From positions 39,246,001 to 39,310,000 of the forward strand of contig OX597838.1 of the NCBI GenBank assembly GCA_951406725.2: DNA of 64,000 bases, in the 5' to 3' direction. The position numbers and the translations under genes were made by a program. Source of the DNA: Octopus vulgaris (Eukaryota). The notes under the pieces were generated by a model that did no database searches, was not told the DNA's origin, and was given only the letters and a program-made list of their open reading frames with translations. Below are positions 1 through 14,693 of this stretch, piece after piece; positions within the stretch are counted from its first letter, which is position 1; the number at the start of each line of letters is the position of its first letter.

Positions 1-626
1 TTCAAACGGGAAGGAAGAGCTATTTTCATCATCCTTGTGGCTATGGCGAAAGAATGTATCTGGTGGACGCGTCTGAAAGGATTGGAGACAAACACTTTCC
101 TCTCTGGTCAATCTCTCATCAACTTCTTCAAGTACCACTTGAAAAGGAAAGTGAGAGTAGAGAGGCAAGTTTTGTCTAGCGAATGTTTTAAAAAAAGATG
201 GGTGAATGTAGCAAGAATGGCACGTATGAATGACGAAGCCACCTTGAGCATGATCCTATGAACCCAGAAACTGAAAACAGAGAGTTGTTTATTTGCAAAA
301 AAAAAAAAAGAAATATAACATGTGACTCCATTGACCGAGGTTACCGTGGTCTTTTCCGTAGGCTTTTCTTTCCACGGGTAAACCTCACCTGTCCTCCCCT
401 TTACACTTCATATTGACATTTCTGTGATAACGATCCCTATTGATCAATTTTTTTTTCCTCTCCCCCTTTTTTTAACCCCCTTTTTTTTGTCCTCTTTCTC
501 TCCTTTTACGATCCCTTTTGATCGAAACTCCCCCTTCCTTTTTTTTTTTTTAAACCTTCAAAAGAAAAGCTCTACCTTGTAATTTGTTCTATCTGTGTGC
601 AGCCCTGTGTGGCTAATAAAGAAACA
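1..626 (+). mobile_element. 3' end of Tx1-like (L1 clade) non-LTR retrotransposon, copy A
   Basis: ORF 37..261 is near-identical to the ORF2 C-terminus of copy B (3117..3491). It is followed by a T-rich 3' UTR, AATAAA at 615 and then (TATC)n. Confidence 0.9.
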
Positions 627-652
627 TATCTATCTATCATCTATCTATCTAT

Positions 653-3600
653 CTTGGACACGCATGTAGACTACGTGGGGAGAGATAGGAATAGACGGGG
701 GGATGCAAATGCCTCAGAGACCTGCTCAGATGCTTTCAACTGTCTGACAGGTTCCGACTAGACCACCCGAATGCGCCAACGTGGACATGGAGCAACCGCA
801 TCGGGTCGTCGAGATCGTATCTAGATAGGATACTGTATAGGACAGTAGATAGAGAGAGCATAGGATGTCCACAATTCCACATAGTCAGCTACACGGATCA
901 CAAACTTGTGACATGTACACTAGACTTAGGTAAGACACTTAGGCAGGGTCCCGGATACTGGAAACTTAACGCGTCTTTCCCATCGAGACATATTTTCAGA
1001 GACCGGATTAGCACACTAGTAAAGAGGGCTTTGACGGGAGCCATCATCAACAACAAATGGTGGTTTTCCCTCAAGAGAGCAGTAAAAGCAGAAGCTATTA
1101 GGTACAGCAAAGCACTAGACATAGATAGAAATAGAGTAGAGGGTGAGCTAGTTAAGAAGCTAGAAGAGGCAATTAGAAGCGGCCTCGCATCCGACGTTTT
1201 CGCGGCCCTCGACTAACACTTCAACGCCAAACAAGAAGGGTGTGTTGTCAGAGCTAGGATGCGTGCTCTAAGGAACGAAGGTGTTGGAGCCGCGAGAGAG
1301 GCCCGGGTGGCAACAGGGCAACAGGGCAACAAAGCCACGATTCGGTCTCTAGTACATGAACAGGGGCGCGAATTGATCGAGCCAAGTAAAATGTGTGAGG
1401 CCTTTCAACAGCATTTTGCCCGACTGTTCGGGACGAGTGGCGGGCAAGAACGTAGGGTGGACGTCAGTGCCTACCTACACAGCCTATGACGACCCTTGAG
1501 AGAGGCAGGGCGCTGCGAAGGTGCCATCACGGCGGCGGAAGTGCAGGACGCGATGGCAGAATGCTCGAGGGACAAATCACCGGGTTTTGATGGTCTACCC
1601 TACGAGTTTACAATTGTATGCCAGACTTGTTTGGAGATATCTTGGCAGCGGTGTACTGCAACTGGCAGTAAAACGGGAGCATTCCTGGTTTTGTGAGCCG
1701 AGGAGCCGTAACACTGCTGAAGAAAAATCTAAACAAGGGAAATGTAATAGATAACTTTAGGCCCATCACTCTGCTTAATGCAGACTTGAAAATTTTGGCC
1801 AAGGTGTTAGCCAAGAGATTGGCGCTTGTCATCGAGAAACAGGTCGACAAGGCGCAAACGTGCGCCGTTTCGGGCCGGACCATCCATGGCAACCTCCACC
1901 TGATGCGCTACATCATAGACAGGGTAGTTAACGAACCTGGCATGGGTGGGGCACTGATCAATTTGGATCAATCGAAAGCTTTCGATAGGGCAGACCATCG
2001 ATACTTGGAGGCAGTCCTCAGAGCGGCTTGTTTCGGTCCCGTCTTCCGCGGCTGGATAGCCGATTTGTACACAGGCATCCGTTCGGTAATTCGCGTAAAT
2101 AGACATGTATCGAGACCTTTCGACATCGCACGTTCAGTCCGTCAGGGATGCCCCCTCTCGTCGCTTCTATACGTATTGACTCTCGAGCCATTATTGCGGA
2201 AGCTGGCAATACTGAGGGGCTTCCCGCGAGAACTGGGAGGCGGGACGAGTGTGTCTGCATACGCGGACGACATCACCGTCATAGTGTCTAGCCACGAGCA
2301 CATCGAGCAGGTCGGCGAGACACTGAAAGACTACGAAGCGGTGACAGGAGCGAAAATCAACCGGGAAAGTCAGTGGGCTTGCGACTAGGCACTTGGAGAA
2401 GCAAGCCCTTGCCGTCCACCAGCGCCTCCGTTGTGGGACGCTGGACCGACGGTCCGGTCGAGTTGCTCGGGGTCTGGTTCGGTCCGGACCTCCAAATGGA
2501 GAAGAACTGGAACGAGATAACGAGTAGGGTGGTCACTCTCGCCCGGAAGTAGGCCGAGAGGAAACTGTCCCTAAAAGGTCGCGCGGAGGTGGCGAACACG
2601 TACATCGTGTCCGTCATCTACTACCGCCTGACCGTCGTGCCTTGTCTCGACTCTACCATCACCAAACTAGAACGCATTCTCTTTCGCTTCTTGTGGAAAG
2701 GATGCGTCCCGATGGTCAGGCGATCCATTTGCTGTCAACACCCGTTAAAAAAAGGATTGGGCATGCCGTGGTTGATGATGCGCAGACACGCTCTGAGACT
2801 GCGACATCTCAGGCTCTTCGTAGACGACGGTGAACAGGTGTGGTCGCCGTTTGTGAGGCACGCTTTCCCGCAGCTCGTCTCCGTGACCGAACTGCAGTCG
2901 TGGATCAAAAAGAGGCCGAGGAAGGGCGAATGGCACCGCGTGTGTCGCGTTGCTATCAAGAGACTCTACCGTCCCGGGTCGACCTTGAGTGACTCCAGGT
3001 CCCATGGACATCTTCCAGTGCTACCGAGAAGCGCTACCCGTTCGGGATAAGCTCTAAACACGGGGCCGACCTGCCCGAGATGCGGTCAGAGCAACGAAAC
3101 CGTTCTGCACGCACCCGTGCAGTGTCCAACAATTTCCGACATGTGGGCTTGTGTCGAACAACTGCTGTCACCTGTGGGAAGAGTCGGTTTAACAGTTGAG
3201 TCTATCGTCAATATTGTCACGCCTCCTTCCTTCAAACGGGAAGGAAGAGCTATTTTCATCATCCTTGTGGCTATGGTGAAAGAATGTATCTGGTGGACGC
3301 GTCTGAAAGGATTAGAGACAAACACTTTCCTCTCTGGTCAATCTCTCATCAACTTCTTCAAGTACTACTTGAAAAGGAAAGTGAGAGTAGAGAGGCAAGT
3401 TTTGTCTAGCGAATGTTTTAAAAAAAGATGGGTGAATGTAGCAAGGATGGCACGTATGAATGACGAAGCCACCTTGAGCATAATCCTATGAACCCAGAAA
3501 GTGAAAACAGAGGGTTACGCACTTGCAAACAAATGTGGTAACATATAACAACATTGACCGAGGTTACCGTGCTCTTTTTCGTAGGCTTTTCTTCTCACGG

Positions 3601-3854
3601 ATAAACCTTATCTGCTTCCCGCTTTACACTGTGATACACGATCCCTATTGATCGTTTTTTTACCTCTTCCCCTTTTTTCCTTCTTTTTTCTTTTTTCTTT
3701 TTTGTTTCTTTTCCTTTTTTCTTTTCTTTTCTTTTTTCCTTTTTACGATCCATTTTGATCGAAAACCAGACCCCCTTTTTTATCCTCAAAAAGAAAAGCT
3801 CTACTTTGTAATTTGTCCCATCTGTGTGCAGCCCTGTGTGGCTAATAAAGAAAC

Positions 3855-3855
<1 letters not shown>
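653..3855 (+). mobile_element. 5'-truncated, degenerate Tx1-like LINE, copy B (APE C-terminus, RT, Zn finger; frameshifted)
   Basis: Motifs YWKLN, FRPITLLNADLKILAK, DQSKAFDR, QGCPLS, AYADD and CPRC, broken by stops and frameshifts. Colinear with copy C from about 6685, with an internal deletion near 2990-3060. Ends in AATAAA plus (TATC)n. Confidence 0.92.
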
Positions 3856-4112
<257 letters not shown>

Positions 4113-4310
4113 ACGGACGTGCTGTCATTTCGGCTCCGAAGGTAATCGTTTATTTTGACTATTTATAGCCCATATTTTGTGTACATTTTTGTAAATAAGG
4201 TGTGTAAGGCACCCAACTTTCGTTTAAGGGCTTTCCCAAGGGAGGAATTCGCTCCTAGGGGCAGTTTCAACCCTATTTAATTTGTGTAATTTTCTTCTCG
4301 ACATTGAAAA

Positions 4311-6185
4311 ATGTCGAGAAATTTTATTGTAGAACGCTGGTCGCGTTCCTTTATGGACCAGCATTTTCCTAGTCTGGAAACGCTAGGAGAAAAAAAGAAC
4401 TTATGCACCCCAAGTCCAAACCTGAATGACGTGGTAGTGAACGCTGCAACCACTCGCGGTAATAGCCCTGTCACCACCACCACCACCACTAACAACAACA
4501 ACAACGAGACTACTACTGCTACCACCACCATGAACTCCACCACCACCACCACCACCACGACCAACATAAATGATAAAAATGAAACTCACGCGAATACTAT
4601 TAACAAAAACAACAACAACAAGAAAAACAACAATAAAAATGAACTATCTAATAGTGAAGACGTTAATATAAAAGAATCAACAACACCAGTAAATTTCGCT
4701 GACACTCTGCGTCAGAAAAAAGAAATAGTAAAATTTACGAATGTAGAGTTAATAGAAACGAGAGCAAGATTTAGTGCTGCATGCACCTCAACACATAAAG
4801 GAACAAATAGAAAATAAAACAATTATATATAAAATTATAAGAAAAAACAAAAAACAAAATGAACAGATTACAAAAACGGATATAGAAAAGTGTTTAAAAA
4901 ACATAATGAAAAAAAAAGAATATATAAACTTGGCTCCCCAATTTAACACAGTAGTGGTCCGCTTCCCTAACCAGGTAGTGGCAAAAGCTCACTCTACCGA
5001 GTCTTTGGAAAATGATGAAATCAGCATGATACCATACTACAAAGGCTAGAGAGTGAGTAGAATTACTATTGAAAATGTACCCCCCGAGATTCCTAACAAA
5101 TGGATAACAGGGGCAATCTGTTACCATTTGAAAACTATAAATATCTTAGAGACTGCCGTATACCTAAACGACATTTGGGGTGGAAAAACAATAGCAGTGA
5201 CCATCCAGATTGAGGGCGCCTCTATCGAGAACCTACCTGATAGGATCCACTTAGAAAATGGGCAAAGCCTATATGTTGTAGCAGAAGGCAAAATGCCCAG
5301 ATGCTACAGCTGTGGCAGCCCAGAACATTTAATTGCCAAGTGTGCTCTTGCACAGAAATGACAAGAAAGAACAAATCAGAAAACAAATAAAAAAACCCTT
5401 GTTGCCAACACCAATACCAACATCAACACACTCAATTATGGAACAATGCCAAGAAAAACAACAAACCAGCAAACAAAACCCCAACAACATCACCAAGAAA
5501 AGAAACACTACCAACACAATCACTGTTGACGTCGCAACCAATTCAACATACTGAACCAACTAAAGATAGACCAACACCAACACCGAGGACAACAATTAAA
5601 AAGACACAAAACAGTGACGAGAAGACAAATTCTACCCCTAACACCACAACAACACAAACACCGCACAAAACATCAACAATTTCTACAAGCATACATATTA
5701 ACGCAAATGATTTGCCTTTACCCCCTTCTGATTCGTCGGACGACGAAAGTTCGACGGAATGGCAAATAGCCACAGGGGGTAAAAGGAAAAGATCAAAAAA
5801 GCCCAACAAACAAGGAAGTAAAGCAGGGAGATATTTAACTCCGGACAGCATCCCCCTAGACAATCAAAAAATCAATGAACCCGCAAAACCACACACACAA
5901 CTAACTGCAATAGACACAGACAATAACAAATTAATGGATTATATTGCATCCAACACGGACATCTGTGAAGATGACTTTAAGACAAACAATCATCCGCGCA
6001 CCACACCACCGAAACACATAAGAATTGTACACATAACACAAACACAACACCATACACTGAAAACAATATTTCCAAATGCGGTAGGTGGGTTTCAACGATA
6101 CCTCTCCAAAAAACTATACAAACACCTCTTCAAAGACACTACAAAAGAAGAAGAAAAAACTGAAACTTTCGAAATGAGTAAGTGA
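4311..6185 (+). pseudogene. Tx1 ORF1 (gag-like, CCHC zinc knuckle), disrupted
   Basis: Consecutive ORFs 4311..4817, 4774..5049, 5053..5361 and 5526..6185. CYSCGSPEHLIAKC fits CX2CX4HX4C. Confidence 0.8.
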
Positions 6186-6250
6186 CCTTCCCTCTTGCCT
6201 CTTGTCTCTTCCAATGTAGTGTGTGAAACACAATTTTCGTATTGTCAATT

Positions 6251-9200
6251 ATGCTTAAATTAGGTTGTATGAATGCGAGTGTCTAGGCGTCGGCTTGGAA
6301 GCAAGGTTACCTTCTAAACGACATCAAGTCACTGAACGTGGATATAGTAGCTATCAGTGAAACCAGACTCAGCAAGCCGCGGGCCCTCGCGTCCATGTTT
6401 GGCGATCAATTTGATATTTAATTTTCTCCTTGTCTGCCGAACATGGGTGGTGGAGATACCGTGGTGCTTTTTCGAAAGAGTCTAAATGTAAAAGTAAGAA
6501 CAATATTCCTAGACCCAGAGGGTAGGCTGGTTGTCTTGGACGTGGATGGCAGAAATGGGTATGCATTCCGTCTGATGGCAGTTTATGCACCGTCCTTAAC
6601 GGGTCGGGCGGATTTCTTCAGACGTCTAGAGGTTTTCCTGGGTACGTCTAGACCTTTACTGTTAGTAGGGGATTGGAACGCTACCTTGGACACGCATCTA
6701 GATTATGTGGGAATGGATAGGAATAGAAGGGGATGTAAGTGCCTCAAAGACCTACTCAGACGCTTTCATTTGTCTGACAGGTTCCGACTCGACCATCCGA
6801 ACGTGCCAACGTGGACTTGGACAAACCGCGTCGGATCGTCGAGATCTTATCTAGATAGAATTCTATGCAGGACAGCGGATAGGGATAGTGTAGGATGTCC
6901 ACAATTTAAAATAGTCAGCTACACAAATCACAAATTTGTGACGTGTACGCTCGACTTAGATAAGACACATAGACAGAGTCACGGTTACTGGAAACTGAAC
7001 ACGTCGCTCTTAGCGCAACAGGTTTACAGGAACCGGATTAGCGAGTTAATTAAGAGGGCGCTGACGGGAGCCGTCGTTAACAACCGCTGGTGGTACGCCC
7101 TGAAAATGGCAATAAAATCGGAATCAATTAGGTTTAGCAAGGAATTAGCGATAGATCGAAATAGAGTAGAGGGAGACCTGGTTAAGAAACTAGAAGAGAC
7201 ACTTACCACTGGCAGCGCAACCAACGTGCTGGCTGCGAGGATGGCCCTCGACCAACACTTCAACGCCAAGCACGAAGGTTGCGTCGTCAGAGCTAAAATG
7301 CGTGCCTTAAGGAACGAAGGGATCGAAGCTGCGCGAGAGGCCCCGGTAGTGGAGGCGCAGCGTGACAACAGAGCCACCATTCGGTCTCTAATAGATCAAC
7401 AGAGATGCAGTTTACTCGAACCCGAAAGGATGTGTGAGGCCTTTCAACAGCACTTTGCTCGACTGTTTGGTGCGAGTGGTGGGTCGGAACGCGGGATCGA
7501 TTTCAGTGCCTACCTGACCGACCTGCCGCGGCTCTCGGCAAGAGAAGCAGAGTGTTGTGAAAGTCCCATCACAGCCGCTGACGTGCGGGATGCGATGGCG
7601 GGCTGCGCGAGGGATAAGTCGCCTGGATTGGATGGTTTACCCTACGAGTTGTATTGTCAAATGCCAGACTTGTTTGGCGACCTCTTGGCATCAGTCTACT
7701 GCAACTGGCAACAAAACGGGAGAATCCCCGGTTTCGTGAGCCAAAGTGCAGTGACGTTGCTGAACAAAGACCCAAACAAGGGGAATTTTATAGATAATTT
7801 CAAGCCCATCACTCTGCTCAACGCAGATTTGAAAATTTTGGCCAAAGTAAGAGCCGAGAGGTTGGCGCTTGTCATTGGTAAACTGGTCGACAGGGCGCAA
7901 ACATGCGCCGTGCCGGGCAGAACCATACATGACAACCTCCATCTGATGTGCTACATTGTGGACAGGGTGGTTAAGGATCCTGGGATGGGTGGGGCGCTGA
8001 TCAATTTGGATCAGTCTAAAGCCTTCGATAGGGTCTACCATCGGTACTTGGCGGCCGTCCTCAGGGCGGCTGGCTTCGGTCCCGTCTTCCGCGGTTGGAT
8101 CGCTGCCTTGTATAGCGGCATCCGATCGGTGATTCGGGTGAACGGTCTCCTACCGAAACCGTTTGACATCACGCGTTCGGTCCGTCAGGGGTGTCCCCTG
8201 TTGGCGCTTCTGTATGTATTGACTCTCGAGCCACTACTGCGGAAGCTGGCGACACTGAGGGGCATCCCACGGGAACTGGGTTGCGGGACGAGCGTGTCAG
8301 CATATGCGGACGATGTCACCGTCATAGTATCGAGCGACAAACACATCCAGATGATAGGTGAGACAATAAGAAAATACGAAACGGTGACGGGAGCGAAGAT
8401 TAACCCGGAAAAGTCAGTGGGTTTGCTACTCGGCACCTGGAGAAGCAAGCCCATACCGTCCGACTGCAGCTCAATAGTGGGATGCTGGACGGACGGACCG
8501 GTTAAATTGCTCGGGGTCTGGTTCAGTCCGGATCTCCAAATGGATAAGAACTGGGACGAGATCACGAGTAGAGTGGTCGCTCTCAGCCAAACATGGGCCG
8601 AGAGAAAGCTGTTTCTAAAAGGCCGGGCAGAGGTGGCCAACGCGTGCATCGCATCCGTCATTGATTACAGCCTGACCGTCGTACCTTGTCCCGACTCCAC
8701 CATCACCAAACTTGAACGCACACTCTTCCGCTTCCTGTGGAAGGGTGGCGTTCCGATGGTGAGGAAGTCCATTTGCCGTGGTTGATGATGCGCAGGCATG
8801 CGCTGAGATTGCGACATCTCTGGAAATTCATCGACGACGGTGAACAGGTGTGGGCGCCGTTTGTGAGGCGCGCCTTCCCGCAGCTAGTCTCACTGACCGA
8901 ACTGCAAACGTGGATCAAGAAGAGACCGAAACTGGGCGATTGGCACCGAGAGTGTCGTCAAGCTCTACTGCAGCTCTGCCGACCGAGGTCAAACTTGTGC
9001 AACTTACAAACGACTAAAGCGTTTTATAGAGGACTAGTGGAGGGGAGGTCCGACGACACACTCGGGGCAAACCTGGGCATCGACGAGAAATTCCTAACCC
9101 GCCTGTTCAGGACGACGTTCGGGCCGGGGCCTATGGATAACTTCCAGAAATCCCTGGCTTGGCAATGCTATCGAGACGCACTACCTGTTCGAGAAAAGAG

Positions 9201-9657
9201 CTACTGGCACAGTTCGAAAACCATCACCGGACTGACCTGCCCGAGATGCGGTCAGAGCGACGAAACCATTCTGCACGCATTCGTGCAGTGTCCAGATATT
9301 TCAGAGCCGTGGACCTTCGTCGAACAGCTGTTGTCACGTGTAGGTCGGGCCCGCCTATCGGCCGAGTCTATCGTGGATATTGTTCCACCACCTTCCTTTA
9401 AACGGGAAGGGAAAACGGATTTTGTTACGCTGATGGCTATGGCGAAAAAATGTGTGTGGTGGACGCGTTTGAAAGGACTGCAAACAAACACTTTCCTCTC
9501 TGGTCAGTCTTTCGTCAACGTTTTCAAGTACCACTTGAAAAGGAGGATGAGAATAGAGAGGAAGGCTTTGTCGAACGAATGTTTTAATAAAAAGTGGGTA
9601 AAAGTGGCAAAAATGGTCAGTATGAAAGACGACACTATTTTAAGCATAAATCTGTAA
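6251..9657 (+). pseudogene. Tx1 ORF2 (APE endonuclease, RT, C-terminal Zn finger), frameshifted
   Basis: ATG at 6251 (MLKLGCMN). APE motifs VYAP, GDWN and YLDR; RT motifs QGCPL and YADD; CPRC...H..C. Frameshifts near 6280-6420 and about 8775. Confidence 0.9.
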
Positions 9658-9949
9658 CCAAAAGAGACAACGAGAAGTAAGGCGACTTACTCATGTGTTC
9701 TTTTTCGAACTGTCTGAGGTGACTTTGGTCTTTTTTGTGGGTTTTTCTTTCCAAGGCTAGACCTAAACTGTGAACCATATATATATATATATATATATTG
9801 CTTTTTTATACACCACACAACCCACAGATCCCTATTGATCAAACGTTTTTTTTTGTGCCCCGCCCATCCCACCTCGAAAAGAAAACATTCTACATTGTAT
9901 TTCGTCCATTTTTATTCTGTGTTTAGCCCTGTGTGGCTACAATAAAAAG

Positions 9950-9950
<1 letters not shown>

Positions 9951-9993
<43 letters not shown>

Positions 9994-9994
9994 A

Positions 9995-10031
<37 letters not shown>
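9951..10031. repeat. (TATC)n microsatellite
   Basis: Read directly from the sequence. Confidence 0.97.
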
Positions 10032-10032
<1 letters not shown>

Positions 10033-10395
10033 CCACTTCCCTAGAAAATAGATTGCAGCTACTTTTGTTAGTAATGTTTTGAACTGAAATTATTGCATTG
10101 TGATTGAATAAATGCAGAACTTACATATTTTTCCTATACACCTGATGCAACAGTTTATCTACTGACACCAAATGATGGAAAGCAACTCAATGAATACACA
10201 GGTTCGTAAATATCCCTGCTTGACTCCTGAATACAGTTGATGGATGGGTCTCCCACTCTCTCCTTTCAAAGTGTTCCTCTGAGGAACATGAGTTACGCTT
10301 ATCATCTATATATTACATCAATTAATATAATATAGACTGACAGCTTGGCCGAGAAGTACCGCCTTTGAGCGAATAACTGCGTAAACATGCACGTA

Positions 10396-10467
<72 letters not shown>

Positions 10468-10550
10468 CCTATCTATCTATGATACACACATATATGCATA
10501 TTCATACATATCCACATATCCATAGGCAAATATATATATACATATATGTA

Positions 10551-10604
<54 letters not shown>

Positions 10605-10680
10605 TATATGTATTTACATAACTGCATATACATGTATATATATTTATGTCTATATATCTATATATCTACACACACACACG

Positions 10681-10768
<88 letters not shown>

Positions 10769-11091
10769 CATATATACAAATATACATATCTGGACAAACT
10801 TACACATATCTATATATGACTATATGAAAGCAGGAGAGAGCTAAACGAAACCACTGACAGCTGACATCATCGATAGACTTGGAGAAAGGAACTTGAAGGG
10901 AGAAGACCACGTTGATAGCAACAGAAGACCTTATATATAAGCCAAGAGAAAGAAATACGAAGTATGTTGAAGCTTTTCTCAATTATTTTACTGCAATGGG
11001 CATTAACCTCTCAAGGATTTTATTTTCGGACTGAACTCGATGGGGAAGGAACCATAAAACCCCAAACAGGTTAGTATATTGAAGTAAGTCC

Positions 11092-11157
<66 letters not shown>

Positions 11158-11161
<4 letters not shown>

Positions 11162-11362
11162 GCCATGATAGATCGTTAGCCACTACACACATTTTTTCCT
11201 CCCCTGGTTTCTCTCCTTTTTTTCCGTGTCCCTCTCTGTAGAAGAGCGTAGGCTCGAAATCTAAAAGACTTTTCTATTTCTGGGCGTTATACTAATATAT
11301 CTGTTTGTTCTGTACACCACCTGTCTTCATCTTTTGTACTATTTCCGTAAATTCTCCCAATA
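11158..11362 (+). mobile_element. Short non-autonomous repeat carrying a hammerhead-like motif, next to (TA)n (copy 1)
   Basis: Homologous to 50186-50398 (cgccatg...gaagagcgtaggc.cgaaa...taaaagact...ccacctg.c.tc.tct). Confidence 0.65.
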
Positions 11363-11530
11363 TATATATTTTTTCGTCATCTTTTCCCCTTTTGCCTACG
11401 TGGTTTGTTTTCAAGTGGTTTGTTTTTTTGGGAACTCCCTTTAATGTAGAAGGAATAGCTAAGATTTTGACTGCTATTTCTAAACTTCGGTGTGTGGATA
11501 AGCTAATCGTTGCTGAATCCTAATTATATA

Positions 11531-11585
<55 letters not shown>

Positions 11586-12907
11586 TATTAGATGACAAAA
11601 CCACTATTTTGCAAAACATATACAAAATACTGCTAGTGAAGTACCCAACAAAATTAATACATAAATGCTAATGATTGTGATGCAATCAATTCATTTACTG
11701 TATTATATGGGCAAAGGTAAAATGATTTACCAGAAATTACTAATACAAGATAAGAAAATGGAGAAATACATCTAAATCAAATCCATATATAACCTATATA
11801 TAATCCATATATAATCAATATATAAACAATATATAAACTAAAATAAACCTATCAACAAAATTAAATATAAAATATAAAATAAAAAAGTGTACATTTTTTT
11901 GTTTTTTTGTATATTTGGCACTTACTAATTAATTTAATTTATAATTAATAAACTTAATAAACTATATATACACCTCATACACATATACCTAATTATATAT
12001 AACCATATCTAACTACATACACTAAATCGCACACACCTATATATATATCCCTATACATATTCATTCATGGGTGGATATAAATATAGGTTTTATTTGTACG
12101 TATGAGTGCGCAGATATATATTTAAATATATATATGTGTGTGCGAAAGTTCCCTGACACAGTATAGGAAAGTGTATCAATATTTATGCGTATATGCGGAT
12201 GTGCGTGTGAGTGTGTGTGTTAGTGTTAGACACTGCTGCCTGTACTGATATGTTTATAAGCCATGCGATGACAGACACGCACTCTGCAATATATTGAATG
12301 TGTAGAGATGTGTCGGGATGTATTCATGTGTGTGTACATGTGTGTGTGAGTTTCTGTGTGGATGTGTGGGTTTAGGGTTAGATGTGGATGTGTATGTTTT
12401 GCTTGTGCGGTGTGGTGGATGTCGGGCGGCTCTCAATTGACCAACCGTGAGGAAGATAATGATAATTTTAAATTCAAATCCAATAGTGTATTTATGTCAT
12501 AAGGAAAATTATTAACTGGAACCCAGACATACATATATACCGCTCTGGATCCTAACGTAAGCGTTATTAACAATATTATGAATGATAATAATGATAACAT
12601 TAATGGTATTGACGACAATGATGATGCTAACTTTAATGACACTTTAGAAATTATTATGAAGTAATATAATGTATATTTGCATCTAGGTACTAATTTGTGT
12701 ATGTTTATTATCACAATATTAAGTCGAAAAACTGAGACATTGAATGTGGAACACATATATATGTTTACTAATTTATATTATTTATTTATATCATTATGTA
12801 AATGTATATTTTTATATGTATAAGAGTGTGAGTATATGCACTCATATGTATATGTATATGTTGTATTGTGGGTATGCACCCACACCCATATATGTAGACT
12901 GAGTTAT

Positions 12908-13046
12908 ATTACATAATCTCCTAAGAGGCCTTATGATATTTTTGTAAATGTCTCATTTATATCTATATATTGACCAACCATAAAGGGCTAATATTGGTAA
13001 AATGAGACATACTTATCTACATGGCCGAAACAGCTGTAAGATGTAA
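12908..13046 (+). ncRNA. Degenerate type I hammerhead ribozyme with a very long stem II
   Basis: attacat(aa)tct-cCTAAGA-ggcc..[atgtctcattt/aaatgagacat]..ggcc-GAAA-cagctg-TA-agatgtaat. The core deviates from CUGANGA. Confidence 0.55.
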
Positions 13047-13267
13047 TCTATACTTATATTTATATTTACTTATATTTATATTCTCTTTTATATATATTCT
13101 GCTTATTATACAACATTACTCTTTTATGTACACCTTTTTATGTACATTCTTTTATGTACACTGATTTGTTCTGCTTTTTATATTTAACCCTACAGTCTCT
13201 TATGTGGTGGTTTAATAAAGTATGTGATTGAGTATTATCTGGTAATTATATATTATATGTATATTTT

Positions 13268-13351
<84 letters not shown>

Positions 13352-13454
13352 TGTATGTATGTATGTATGTATGTATGTATGTATGTATGTATGCAAGACA
13401 AAATGTTATAACATGTGAGTAGTTTTCAGAATATTTATAAGGAAAAAGATATAT

Positions 13455-13505
13455 AGTCTTACAACTGCTTCTGGGATATTATGGATACCCCTTCATCAGA
13501 GGTGA
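13455..13505 (-). ncRNA. Degenerate minimal hammerhead ribozyme
   Basis: Minus strand reads CTGATGA-a-ggggtat..atatccc-a-GAAG-cagttg-TA. GAAA is mutated and stem I is weak. Confidence 0.4.
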
Positions 13506-14433
13506 ATATTTCAGTTTGAAATAAGGAATTATTATGGAAGAGGAGGAGATAAGGAATTTAGAGGGAAATAAGAGAATGAAAGTAGAAATAAAACATAAGA
13601 TATACAAAGATATTGTAGTTTCAGTTCCATTAGTCGTGGAAAGTGGTAAAAATGGTTCCTGTACATGGTATGTAAGATCCAATAGTAGTTCATGTTTAGT
13701 CATTTCAAACTATTGAGCCGTGGATACTGCATTGCTCATGGGAAAGGGTCCACACTCACACACACGTACGCACGCACACACACAAACACAAATGTATGTA
13801 TGTATTTATGCATGTATGATAGAGATAGATGCATCATTACGCAGTTATACACTCAAAGGCCAAGCTGTTTGTTAGACTATAATGTTTTAATTTACGTAAT
13901 ACACACACACACATATATGTATGTATATATATATACACACATATGTATATATATATCTATATATATATACATGTACATGAACATGTATATATATATATAC
14001 GTATATATATGTATATATATATACATATATACTTATATGCATATTTACATACATATGTGTATGTATATATATATATATATATATATGTATACATGTATGT
14101 ATATACATATATATATATTCATGCACATATGCATGTATATATACATATAAGTATATATGTATGTAAGTATGCGTATATATATGCATATATATATATATAC
14201 ATATATATATACTCTTTATCTTTTATTAAACTTTTAATACTTTTGATATATATTTGAAATAATATAAATTAATTAATTTTATGTATTGGCTTATGTTTTT
14301 CATTTTTTGATTTGCCTAATAGTGGTTTTATCTCTAATTTAATATAATATAATATAATATATTTATACTATAAAATTGGATTTAATCCTAAATCTGATTT
14401 TTCCCTGTAAGTTTGGATTTATTCCCTAATATT

Positions 14434-14472
<39 letters not shown>

Positions 14473-14693
14473 CACATATATATAAATATATACTCATGTA
14501 CATGTATATATATGCATATATATTTATGTATATAAGCGTGATTGTGTGTATATGTATATATATATGTATATGCACATGTAATTATAATGATATTCGAGAG
14601 GCAGCTGATAATGGAGGTATGTTGGACTGTTGGTATGGCTGATTTTGTATATGTAGAATAGTATTACAACACATCCTTTTGATATATATATAT

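Larger units (their letters stand above)
4113..9950 (+). mobile_element. Full-length but frameshifted Tx1-like LINE, copy C
   Basis: About 200-bp 5' UTR, ORF1, ORF2 and 3' UTR, with AATAAA at about 9941 and (TATC)n on both sides. Confidence 0.92.
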
